A stretch of 64,000 bases of DNA from an uncultured Verrucomicrobiae bacterium (GCA_963836755.1 CAWIKF010000002.1:800001-864000), one strand, 5' to 3'; counted from the stretch's first letter, positions 20,295 through 29,228 are shown. The notes: generated from the sequence alone by a model not told the origin. Numbers and translations: made by a program.

Positions 20295-20822
20295 CTACAC
20301 CCGCCACTTTTTTAGAAGTTCTCTTCTTCGTGTTTCCATCTCCTTTCCGTGTTCTGTGGATAACTGACCTAAGGGCAGCGCATTAGAATTCAGATTAGAA
20401 TTAGTATTAAGATTAGAATTAAGATGCGATGGACTATCCGACCCTATACATAGGGCTTGATAGTCTATGGATAGCCTATCGGTTATCGACTTCGGCGCTC
20501 GCTTTAGCTCCGCGAGAACTCCCTGCCGTATCTTTGGATTAGGCGTCTGATACTTGATGAAATTCACGATCCCTACCCAACCATCAGCCACGACGAGCTT
20601 TCCATCTGCTTGAAATTTCTTAAACGTCGCGTCGATTTTATCCGCTCCTATTCTTGTATCAAAAACTACCCGCTTTACGGGTAGCTCATAGACGCCAGAA
20701 ATGTTCGTGAGTGGGTTGGTAATGAGGTAGAGAAATAAGAGCTTTTCCGTAGAAGCAAGCCCCGCAATATATGAGTCATCCCAAAACTTTGTGTTGACGA
20801 TCCGTTGCTTTGCCACACTCAT
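20295..20822 (-). CDS. Phage/plasmid-type replication initiator-like wHTH protein
   Basis: KQRIVNTKFWDD...EKLLFLYLITNPLTNISGVYE N-terminus; low-complexity middle encoded by iteron-like and AT-rich repeats. Confidence 0.65.
   Translation of the reverse strand: MSVAKQRIVNTKFWDDSYIAGLASTEKLLFLYLITNPLTNISGVYELPVKRVVFDTRIGADKIDATFKKFQADGKLVVADGWVGIVNFIKYQTPNPKIRQGVLAELKRAPKSITDRLSIDYQALCIGSDSPSHLNSNLNTNSNLNSNALPLGQLSTEHGKEMETRRRELLKKWRV
20351..20490. promoter_or_regulatory. Putative intragenic replication origin
   Basis: DnaA box TGTGGATAA (20355-20363), AT-rich ATTAGAATT repeats (~20382-20422), and GAT(A/G)G(A/C/T)CTAT repeats at 20428, 20459 and 20470. Confidence 0.5.
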
Positions 20823-20930
20823 TGCGCTCGCTGCCAGTCCGCGCGTCAAGAGGCAGTCACCCAAGAGAGATCGCATGGATACATCCCTCAGCATAAGCAC
20901 CACGATTTGCGCCGACCGGCAACGAACGTG

Positions 20931-21113
20931 TTAAAACTCAATCACCTTTTCTCGCGCCTCATTCATCCACTCGCGCCGACAGTCAGGACAGACACATGAA
21001 TGACTAAAAAGCCGCAATAGCAAACGCCTTAAAAATAGCCGGAGGCCACAAGAGCGTTGCTTTTGCCCTTCTATTGTCAGTGGTATGTATTCCATTTCCC
21101 GTTTTTCTGGCAT
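20931..21113 (-). CDS. Small hypothetical protein with HSCVCPDC motif
   Basis: 60 aa ORF co-oriented between the structured leader and the rep-like gene. Confidence 0.4.
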   Translation of the reverse strand: MPEKREMEYIPLTIEGQKQRSCGLRLFLRRLLLRLFSHSCVCPDCRREWMNEAREKVIEF

Positions 21114-21144
21114 AGAAAAGTGATTAGATTAATAAAAGCGACCA

Positions 21145-21410
21145 TCCCTGTTTGTGCAGGGAAACATGCAGACCATGAACCTAACGAGACTCCAATACGT
21201 GTCTCTGGCCCTGTCTGCATGTTTCCACACGCAAAAAAGCTGACCTTGCTCAGGCCAGCTTTAATGCGTTTTCTCTTTCACTTCATCGAGTGTTGCGGAT
21301 AAGTCATATTGTGCGACGTATCCAAACCTTTTTTATTCCCGCTCTCTCAGGCGGGATTCGCATTGTTCACTGGCCTTTCTTCTTACCTGTTAAAGATCGC
21401 TCTTACAGGT
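21145..21410 (-). ncRNA. Putative structured leader / attenuator RNA
   Basis: Perfect 14-bp stem 21160-21173/21213-21226, terminator-like hairpin plus U-tract at 21233-21262 on the minus strand, and further hairpins up to ~21413. Confidence 0.45.
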
Positions 21411-21411
21411 A

Positions 21412-21459
21412 ATTATAATTCCCCACCACCACTCCTTGCAAGTGGCGTTCTGTGGATAA
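21412..21459 (-). promoter_or_regulatory. Sigma70-like promoter with upstream DnaA box
   Basis: Minus strand TTATCCACA (21459-21451), TTGCAA (21441-21436), 18 nt spacer, TATAAT (21417-21412). Confidence 0.55.
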
Positions 21460-21473
21460 CCAGGAGAACGGCT

Positions 21474-22427
21474 TTACGCAGCCAACGACAGACTCTCATT
21501 GATGGCAAATTGGAGCTGCTTTTCAGCGTAGTCTTTCAGTTCTGGGCGACTCAATTTCGTATAGTGTGCAATCGTTGTGGGTGTGCTATGCCCTACAAGT
21601 TGCGCAATGATTGCGTCTGGCACGCCGAGCTTTGCCAATCTGTGAATGAAGGCATGTCGAAACGAATGCGGGCAAAGTTTGCGGATCAGTCCCGCGCGTT
21701 GAAACGCTACTTTAAAAGAGCGTTCCACAGTGCGGTTCCCAATCGGTTTGCTCGTGCGCAAGCATTTGGTGATGAACAACGCGTCTATGTCAACTGGCCC
21801 ATTGTTAACTCTATCAACAAGATACTGTTGAAGAACGTCGTCTGTGCCTGTGTTCCAAAAGACCCGCCTGCTGCGCATTGTCTTTTCCGTGCGGATTACT
21901 GCCGAACGATCCTCTTGAATATCTTCGATTTCCAAACTTAGAAGTTCCCCGAGACGCATCCCTGTATCATGCAGAAGCATAATCATCGCGAGATCACGAA
22001 GGTTCGCGGGCTTCCTCATTCGCAGCGTTGTCACTACCTGTTGATATTCCGCTTCTGTAATGGCTTCGTGTGATCGAGCGAATCCGCGTGGCACACGGGC
22101 TAAGTATAGCGGAAACCGCAATCTTCCCTGTTCTGCAAAAAAACGGAGATAATTATGGACTACATTTAGTGCGAGTTCGACTCCACACGGAGCATGTTTC
22201 TTGTAAAGAGTGTTTGCGAATGCCACATAATCGGTATGACGCAGAGCCTCCGGTGGTTTGTTCACAAATTCTTGGAATCGCTTAACCCAAATTCGATACA
22301 CTTGATAAGCTTTCGCTGTGTATGATTGTTTCCACGCAAGATACTCGTGGATAAGATCATCATTGCTCGATGAAGTGAGAAGTGAATCGTCGAGAGATGG
22401 ACGATGCACTTGAAAGGTGTGGTTCAT
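21474..22427 (-). CDS. Tyrosine recombinase/integrase
   Basis: DTGMRLGELL (R), RTEKT (K), HSFRH, LVGH, IAHY: all catalytic residues are present. Confidence 0.92.
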   Translation of the reverse strand: MNHTFQVHRPSLDDSLLTSSSNDDLIHEYLAWKQSYTAKAYQVYRIWVKRFQEFVNKPPEALRHTDYVAFANTLYKKHAPCGVELALNVVHNYLRFFAEQGRLRFPLYLARVPRGFARSHEAITEAEYQQVVTTLRMRKPANLRDLAMIMLLHDTGMRLGELLSLEIEDIQEDRSAVIRTEKTMRSRRVFWNTGTDDVLQQYLVDRVNNGPVDIDALFITKCLRTSKPIGNRTVERSFKVAFQRAGLIRKLCPHSFRHAFIHRLAKLGVPDAIIAQLVGHSTPTTIAHYTKLSRPELKDYAEKQLQFAINESLSLAA

Positions 22428-22684
22428 GGTTTTGTTTGTTAACTGATAAGAACCGAAGAAGCCGCCGAACAAAGAATTGCTGATACCACAAAACTAAACG
22501 CAACCAAAATGCGCAGACCAACTGGCTCCCTCTCGTGCGACCACAAAATACCTTCATCATAGTAGTGACGCCGCAAAGCGTGCGGTGCAGGCAACGTGAA
22601 TTGCGGGCTAACAGAGTATCGACATACTCACCTTACAACCCTATGACCTCATAAACTGTCAATGTGCTCACCTGCACATTAGGG

Positions 22685-22714
22685 ACTCTAGCGCACTCCC
22701 CTCTTAAATGTCAA
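22685..22714 (-). promoter_or_regulatory. Putative promoter for the tyrosine recombinase
   Basis: Minus strand TTGACA, 18 nt spacer, TAGAGT. Confidence 0.4.
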
Positions 22715-22753
22715 CTGCTCTACGCCTCTACATCAACCTCTACAAACTAGCTA

Positions 22754-23155
22754 TGTAGTGGCGAGTGCCACCATAACTACGAAATACCCTTGAAATACAA
22801 GGGTAGAACGAATTCCCAGGTGTCGTCCTAGCGGCCCGACTTGCTGCATTTTCCTTCGGCTAACCGGGTGTGATCCTTCCTATCGGACAGTCTCACACCA
22901 AAATACAGCAAGTCGGCCCGCAAGGACGCTAACGCGGGACCGACACCTGGGGAACTATTTTGCAACTACTTCTGCGACTTGCGCGGAACGACGGGGCACG
23001 CGCCCCCACCTTCCACACACTTTGACCTTGCTTCGGGGCCGTTGGCACTCTGGCGCAAAATCAAAGAGTGTGGCTCTCCTGTCACCATGAACTATTTCCA
23101 ATCGCGCCCTCTGCTATCGCAGAAGGCGTAAAACTATTCGTTGGAGCGAACTACA
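22754..23155. other. Highly structured non-coding block (ncRNA or ssDNA signal)
   Basis: Nested stems 22815-22825/22941-22951, 22836-22846/22906-22916 and 22867-22873/22893-22899; hairpin 22785-22805; stem 23013-23025/23061-23073. No ORF of 60 aa or more. Confidence 0.6.
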
Positions 23156-23327
23156 TATAACGAATGATATTGAGCAGTTGCGCGAGATGCATCACGGCTT
23201 TTGCGAGTTGGGTTCTCCCGCAATTCCCTTGAGAATTTATTGCCGGTCAGCTATGGGAACCCTTTGCGCCAAGTAATAGACGATCTCCAGAACAGTGATA
23301 AGTGTAACAAGATGATTACGAATATCG

Positions 23328-24074
23328 TTGTCGAGCAGGAATCTTACATCAAGACGAAGCAAGTTTGTTGCATACAGCATGAATGCCGCTTTTGCACAAA
23401 AGTGGCCGAGACTTTTGCGTGGCCTGGCTTTAGCTTTAACTCACAACTATGTTGTTGCTTCAAATCCTTACTGTCATTGCAAGTATCTCTTTCTGATGAA
23501 TTCTCATCAACCTGCTGACGGCCTCGCCGGCAAAGAGTGGACACTAGCACCTGTGAGCGAGGTGTGCCTTTCCATCCTTCGAGCGGAATGGGATAAGGTT
23601 AGTCCCGTAACTTCTTGGCATGACAGGAGGCTGATAGATCACCCCGATCTCGATAACCCCTATGAGAACAGCCTGCGGCGGCTCATTTTGGGATCTTGGC
23701 GCGAGGCTCTTCTCCGACGGATTCCAGGAAATACCACCTGGTATCGTGTCCGCTTTCTACAAGACAGTGACCTAGATCAGCTGCTAGTAATCGGCAGCAA
23801 CGATTGGCTGGATTCCAGAGATCAGAACGAATTGCGCCAAGTGGCGCTGCGTCGGCCGCAGACTCTTCGATCGCCGCCTTCTGCCTGGGAGCAGCCAGTT
23901 CTCTGGTCGCACATTAAGGCAGGTCCGTTCTCCATCATCGAAGGCAATAATCGGCTAATAAGCTATTGCTCAACTCCTTCCCTCGGACCTTTAAAGGTTG
24001 AATGTTTCATTGGCCTTTCGTTGATGCCTTGCGCGTGGCACCTTCCGGATCAAGTCCCGCGAATCGAGTCCTGA
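23328..24074 (+). CDS. Hypothetical protein
   Basis: 248 aa ORF, true start probably later; contains IIEGNNRL, loosely similar to the ParB-like DGxxR motif. Confidence 0.55.
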   Translation: MSSRNLTSRRSKFVAYSMNAAFAQKWPRLLRGLALALTHNYVVASNPYCHCKYLFLMNSHQPADGLAGKEWTLAPVSEVCLSILRAEWDKVSPVTSWHDRRLIDHPDLDNPYENSLRRLILGSWREALLRRIPGNTTWYRVRFLQDSDLDQLLVIGSNDWLDSRDQNELRQVALRRPQTLRSPPSAWEQPVLWSHIKAGPFSIIEGNNRLISYCSTPSLGPLKVECFIGLSLMPCAWHLPDQVPRIES

Positions 24075-24152
24075 CGGCGGGGTGAACGGATGGAGTGGGC
24101 AGGGAAAAATGTCTTGATTTTTTGCGATAACGAGGGAATTTCAACAAAAAGT

Positions 24153-24341
24153 ATGAATACAAAACAAACCGTCAATATGACAAATCGGATGCCTAACGTC
24201 AGGATTGATGCGTCTGGCGACAACATCGTCTGTGACCCTTTTGAAAGGGTTATCAGGGTTGACGCTTCTGGCGACAAGATCGTATGTGATCCTCTCGAAG
24301 AGGACATCCGAGTTGACGCATCTCAGGCAGCAAAACTTTGA
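24153..24341 (+). CDS. Small tandem-repeat peptide (62 aa)
   Basis: RIDASGDNIVCDPFERVI / RVDASGDKIVCDPLEEDI / RVDAS; the 54-bp repeats differ mostly at synonymous sites. Confidence 0.7.
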   Translation: MNTKQTVNMTNRMPNVRIDASGDNIVCDPFERVIRVDASGDKIVCDPLEEDIRVDASQAAKL

Positions 24342-24415
24342 CGAAGCATTAGCCGGCGCTGTTTGGCTGAAGAAATTGAGTTTGGGCAATCATGTGGAAC
24401 TGATGCCTTCCTGAT

Positions 24416-25033
24416 ATGAGTGAAATTCTAACTCTCCTCACCAAAAAGCCTGAAGTTGCAAGTGCGGTCGCAGCATTGCTGGCGGTTTTTGTTTCCGCCT
24501 TATCCGTGATGCTTACAGTATGGGCGCTGGCCTTACAGCGACGGCATAGTTACCTTTCGGTGCGACCATTGGCGTTTGTCGCGAGCGGAGACTATCAAGA
24601 CCGTCTCTCAGTGAAGATTCGTAACGACGGCATCGGGCCGCTAATTATAAAAAAGCTCTGCGTGACGGATGGCGAAACTGTCAAAGATTGTCTCATCGAT
24701 TGGCTCCCGTTACTGCCCGAAGGCATATTGTGGGACACTTTCACCAAGAACATGGAGGATCGAAGCCTGGCTCCGGGCGGTGAAATTGTTTTGTTCCGCC
24801 TAAGCAATCGCAGTTACGCCCAATTCCATCGATTCCGGGACCTATGCAGAACGCATCTAAAGAAGCTCACTGTCGAGGTTCACTACGTTGACATTTATGA
24901 CCGCAAGATGCCCGTAAGCTATCGAAGTCTCGCCTGGTTCGGGCACACGCGCTCGCTTGATGTCAGCAAAGCAGATGAAGACCTTAAGGCCAGTGGTGGG
25001 CCAGTCGACCTACTTATTGCAGCAGGTGAGTGA
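24416..25033 (+). CDS. Hypothetical protein with N-terminal membrane anchor
   Basis: Hydrophobic helix, then LSVRPL...IRNDGIGPLII. Confidence 0.7.
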   Translation: MSEILTLLTKKPEVASAVAALLAVFVSALSVMLTVWALALQRRHSYLSVRPLAFVASGDYQDRLSVKIRNDGIGPLIIKKLCVTDGETVKDCLIDWLPLLPEGILWDTFTKNMEDRSLAPGGEIVLFRLSNRSYAQFHRFRDLCRTHLKKLTVEVHYVDIYDRKMPVSYRSLAWFGHTRSLDVSKADEDLKASGGPVDLLIAAGE

Positions 25034-25081
25034 TAAGGGATTATATGACGAACCGTGCTGGAGACATGCGGTGTGTGGCAT

Positions 25082-25789
25082 TCAGCGTGGCCCTCTGTTC
25101 TCGCTAATGAGTGCTTCGTAAAATCCTATCGAGAATTTGTCATGCACGATCCCGTTCAAAGGATAAAAGACGGACGCTTCATCTAAGAGATGCTTTTTAG
25201 AGATAGTGTTTTTGCCGTGATCGACTGACAGACTTGTGTCGAGTTTATCCAACTGGCCGATTCGCATTGTCCATCCCTTAGTAAAGCCGCGTTCTTCGCT
25301 TGATGCGTCGCTGTCGATAAACGCCGTTTCGTTCAAGAGTGACCTTCGAAATGCCCAGGTGCCGAGTGTAGCATGGTTTTTGGCGAACGGCCCGGCGACA
25401 TAGATTTCGCCGAGATCAATATCCAGGATGAACATTTCCGTTGATCCCGCAATGCACACTTCTGGATTTCCGTTGAGTAAGTCTACGGCTTTCTTTATCC
25501 TATTGGGGAAAGCATAATTGTCGTCATCAAAGTTGAAAATGAATTCTCCATTCGTAAGTTTGTTCGCCAGATTTCTTTTCTTTCCAAGCGGAATGTGCGT
25601 GCTGCTGTAAAGGTAGATCAGATTGGGAAAGTCAAACACATAGTCAAAAATTGGCACCTCTCCATCGTCAACAATGACCCATTCTATCAACGTCTGGTCG
25701 TAATCCAACGCTTGGATATTGTGTCTCAAATGCTGCACAAACAGGGGTCTATTTTTAGTTACGGTTACGATAGAAATCATCTGATCCAT
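25082..25789 (-). CDS. Glycosyltransferase family 2
   Basis: ISIVTVTKNR, EWVIVDDG, LGKKRN, FDDDN (DxD motif). Confidence 0.88.
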   Translation of the reverse strand: MDQMISIVTVTKNRPLFVQHLRHNIQALDYDQTLIEWVIVDDGEVPIFDYVFDFPNLIYLYSSTHIPLGKKRNLANKLTNGEFIFNFDDDNYAFPNRIKKAVDLLNGNPEVCIAGSTEMFILDIDLGEIYVAGPFAKNHATLGTWAFRRSLLNETAFIDSDASSEERGFTKGWTMRIGQLDKLDTSLSVDHGKNTISKKHLLDEASVFYPLNGIVHDKFSIGFYEALISENRGPR

Positions 25790-25795
25790 AGTTTT

Positions 25796-26650
25796 TCACT
25801 GGAGAAATCGTGAGATCAACGGGACGTAGTTTCCGCTATATGTGATAGCTCGGTCATAGACCGATTCCGAAACCAGCTTAGCTCCACGCGCATCATACCG
25901 AATTGCTTGACCATCCGCCGGAAATATTGGCCAAAGTCTATCTCTGATGAACCATTCAACCTTGGTAAGAGTCGGGTCAGCCTCAATCAATCGTCCTATT
26001 TGCCTTCCTAATGAATGGTATTGCTTTTGCAAAACGTCACGCTTTAGCTCACATTCATCTTTGGTAAGCGTAATCCCAATCGGGTCGATATCCGCATCTT
26101 CCGGTGGCTTTTGTAAAAATACGTCTCCATTTGAGTTCTCGTAAGCAAGTGGAATTTCAAAGATCGCGGACGAGAAGCCTAGCGATTTTACTATCGGAAC
26201 AGTCATATCGTGGACTGGATTGTAAAACTCAACAGCATCACAGAATACGGAAGGATCATGGTTACTCCCAAATAACTGCTTGATGAAATTGGAAATTACT
26301 TGGAAATACTCACAATCCAAATTTAGGATAGCGTTATAGAAACTATCTTCACTGCGGTTCATGAAAACGGCACTTCCAGCAAGGCCGATTTGAGATAAAA
26401 CTGCTTTAGTCTCGTTAACTCGATGTTCTCCCCCGCCATCGGTGATATAAACTATTGTGCTGGGTTGCAACCGTGTAATCATACCCAGAGCTGCAACTTC
26501 ATGGTTGGGGTGACTAAATACGAATGCAGCCGGGTTATCCGGTTGAAATTTGATCGACATATTCACGAGATAGTCGGCGATTATTCTTCGTTTGCAATTA
26601 AGCTTTACTTGGCTGGTGTTTTTCTTCGTGACTCTAGGTTCGCAAAACAA
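25796..26650 (-). CDS. PIG-L/LmbE-like deacetylase-fold protein, divergent
   Basis: FVFSHPNHE (compare HPDDE), YITDGG, NPVHD. Start may be the internal MSIK. Confidence 0.6.
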   Translation of the reverse strand: MFCEPRVTKKNTSQVKLNCKRRIIADYLVNMSIKFQPDNPAAFVFSHPNHEVAALGMITRLQPSTIVYITDGGGEHRVNETKAVLSQIGLAGSAVFMNRSEDSFYNAILNLDCEYFQVISNFIKQLFGSNHDPSVFCDAVEFYNPVHDMTVPIVKSLGFSSAIFEIPLAYENSNGDVFLQKPPEDADIDPIGITLTKDECELKRDVLQKQYHSLGRQIGRLIEADPTLTKVEWFIRDRLWPIFPADGQAIRYDARGAKLVSESVYDRAITYSGNYVPLISRFLQ

Positions 26651-26956
26651 CTTTCGTCGATCCGCAAGGCCGTTTCACAGACAATATTCCTGTGGGAAAA
26701 CATTTTTTGCCCCATAAATGCTCTTATTCACATTGAGCGAGACGTTTATTGCTGCTTTGACCTTTCGTCTGAACGTTGCGACTATTCTGACAGGTTGCAT
26801 GCTTGCCCCTAAAGCAATGGTATCTAACGGTCACATGCTGCCAAGTCATTCATATTCGGCGTCTTTATGGCATTCTGTGAAGCTCGTCGGTGTTCTGTTG
26901 GCAGATGCATTCACCAGCTATTAGACCCTAACAAGATTATGCGTTCTTTCCAGTGA

Positions 26957-28234
26957 ATGCGCATCCGACATGGTAATTTGTGCTGGAATTGTGGTAGACT
27001 CTACCTTGTGAATGCAAAATCAGGCATTTCAAAAATACAACAGTCGCCAAAACAACAGTTCCTGGCGAGCCTCGACTCATGTTTTCGAGATGGCTCATTT
27101 ATTAAGCTAACACTCGGTCACCGGGCGGTTCCTGAGAATATGTTGCGAAAATTGCTTGTTCGGCCCGTGCTGATTCGCGGAGAAAAGCGGTGCAGCGTCG
27201 TGAGCCGATTTCTCACACGAGACGAAACGAAGAATCACCCGTTTAGCGATACGCTTGCACTCGTAGAAGCAAAGCTTGGAACGGAGTTCCTAAGTGCAAA
27301 TCTCTTTACCGAGTCCAGTGGCGTGGAGCTCGAATTGGGAAAGAAGGATCGATTAAGGGTGATTTCCGTCAAACGAAAACCGGCGTCTTTGGATCACGAC
27401 CGGAGCCGAATGCGCTGGATTGATACAAGCGCACATTATCTCAATTCTCTCGAAGTTACAGATTCATTAGGTAAGGTGCGCGAACGGAAGAGGAGCAAGT
27501 TTCGTCAAATTGAGCGCTTCGTGGATTTGCTGGCCTCAGCCTTCCGCCACAGCAGATTGGCGACATTTCCCATCACTCCACGGGCCATTCCGATCACAAT
27601 GTGCGATATGGGATCAGGCAAAGGGTATCTTACTTTTGCCGCGTTTGACTATTTTAAGCGTGTCGAGAAAATTGAGGCACTAATCACGGGGGTAGAGTCG
27701 CGCGACGACCTCGTCAAACTATGCAATAACGTGGCTATCGATTGTGGATTCAGCGGCCTTAATTTTGTGCGGAGCTCGATAGAAGAGTATAAGTTTCCAA
27801 GGCTCGATATCCTGGTTGCGCTTCACGCCTGCGATATCGCCACGGATGATGCACTCTTCAGTGGGATAAGCGCGGGAGCAGAAATCATTTTGTCGGCTCC
27901 GTGCTGCCACAAAGAAGCGCGACCACAGATCGGTCGCTTCGTCGCACACGGTCCTTTGCGCGATATACTTCGCAACGGCATTTTTGCCGAACGCCATGCT
28001 GATATGGCTACAGATGCAATTCGTCAACTCATCCTTGAACGTGAAGGATATCGTGTAACGGTTAGTGAGTTTGTGGCAGCGGAACATACAGCCAAGAACG
28101 TGATGCTAATAGCCACCAAAAGAAGCGAAGTGCTCACAGATGATGCAAAAGCGGACATTGATCATCGCATTGCAGAACTAAAGAATTTTTATGGCATCGA
28201 ACACCATAGACTCGAACAGCTTTTCATGGCCTGA
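26957..28234 (+). CDS. SAM-dependent methyltransferase
   Basis: KFRQIERF, DMGSGKGYLTF, VALHACDIATD, APCCH, HTAKN. Confidence 0.85.
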   Translation: MRIRHGNLCWNCGRLYLVNAKSGISKIQQSPKQQFLASLDSCFRDGSFIKLTLGHRAVPENMLRKLLVRPVLIRGEKRCSVVSRFLTRDETKNHPFSDTLALVEAKLGTEFLSANLFTESSGVELELGKKDRLRVISVKRKPASLDHDRSRMRWIDTSAHYLNSLEVTDSLGKVRERKRSKFRQIERFVDLLASAFRHSRLATFPITPRAIPITMCDMGSGKGYLTFAAFDYFKRVEKIEALITGVESRDDLVKLCNNVAIDCGFSGLNFVRSSIEEYKFPRLDILVALHACDIATDDALFSGISAGAEIILSAPCCHKEARPQIGRFVAHGPLRDILRNGIFAERHADMATDAIRQLILEREGYRVTVSEFVAAEHTAKNVMLIATKRSEVLTDDAKADIDHRIAELKNFYGIEHHRLEQLFMA

Positions 28235-29228
28235 TGTGGATTGGAATGCGCTACGTCGCCTGCGCGCTCGCTTCCTCCAATTTGATCAAAGTGAAGGCAA
28301 TTTTGGTAATTCGGTTGTATCGCCCGATCGCTCGGACTACTGGCGAACTCCCGCCGAACTTGATAACTATAATTTAACCTTTGGCGAGCGGATTGGTTGG
28401 AAGTGGGACACAGTGCTTGCAGAACTCAAGACGAGAGGCTGGACGCCTCCTGTAGGCACAGTCTTGGATTGGGGCTGCGGCACCGGCGTGGCTGGGCGAC
28501 GTATAGTCGAAGCATGGCCTACTGCCGTTCGCACACTTTTCCTATGGGATCGTTCAAATCTTGCAGTGCAGTTTGCCGAGAAGCGCGCGCGCCAGACTTT
28601 TCCGCATCTCGATTCAAGACGCGCTACAGGAGACACGGTTTCTGATCTGCTTGTCATTAGTCATGTGATCAACGAACTTTCCCAAGTAGCGCTGAAACGC
28701 CTGCTTGCTTTGGTGGAAAAAGCGCAAGCTGTGTTGTGGGTTGAGCCGGGCACATCGGCAGTTAGCCGCAAGCTTATCGCTATGCGCGAAGGACTACTCC
28801 GGCGCTTTCGTGTCATTGCTCCCTGCACTCATTCGATGACATGTGGCATGTTGAGCGCAGAGAACAAGAGGCATTGGTGCCATCATTTTGCGAAGATTCC
28901 GGGATACGTGCATACTGACTCAGGTTGGAGGCGGTTTTCTGCGACACTGGAGATTGACCTCTGCACTCTTCCGTTTAGTTTTCTCGTCCTCGATCGGCGA
29001 CCTGCTGTTACAAACTCCGAGCGAGAAGTGGCACGTGTCATCGGTAAACCCCGCCATTACAAGGGGTTTGCGAAAGTGTTGAGTTGCCAGAGTGTCGGTG
29101 TTCGTGAACTCACAATTCAAAAACGCGACACACCACAGCTTCTGAAAGAAATAAAAAAAGCCCCATCGTCACTCTACCGATGGGAGCGGGAGGGGGATAA
29201 GATAATGGGAGGCATTCGTCTGTTTTAG
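28191..29228 (+). CDS. Rsm22-family methyltransferase-like protein
   Basis: LDWGCGTG, SHVINEL, VEPGT, IAPCTH...C...WCHHF. Confidence 0.8.
   Translation: MASNTIDSNSFSWPDVDWNALRRLRARFLQFDQSEGNFGNSVVSPDRSDYWRTPAELDNYNLTFGERIGWKWDTVLAELKTRGWTPPVGTVLDWGCGTGVAGRRIVEAWPTAVRTLFLWDRSNLAVQFAEKRARQTFPHLDSRRATGDTVSDLLVISHVINELSQVALKRLLALVEKAQAVLWVEPGTSAVSRKLIAMREGLLRRFRVIAPCTHSMTCGMLSAENKRHWCHHFAKIPGYVHTDSGWRRFSATLEIDLCTLPFSFLVLDRRPAVTNSEREVARVIGKPRHYKGFAKVLSCQSVGVRELTIQKRDTPQLLKEIKKAPSSLYRWEREGDKIMGGIRLF

Noticed and set aside
22430..23200. Known riboswitch, tRNA or retron ncRNA
   Set aside because: No recognisable consensus by eye and no reverse transcriptase in the window; kept only as an unassigned structure.
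24201..24323. CRISPR-like array
   Set aside because: The repeats are contiguous, codon-phased and lack unique spacers; no cas genes are present.
21474..25033. Integron with gene cassettes
   Set aside because: The recombinase lacks the IntI-specific insertion before HxxRH, and I saw no RYYYAAC...GTTRRRY attC sites after the downstream ORFs.
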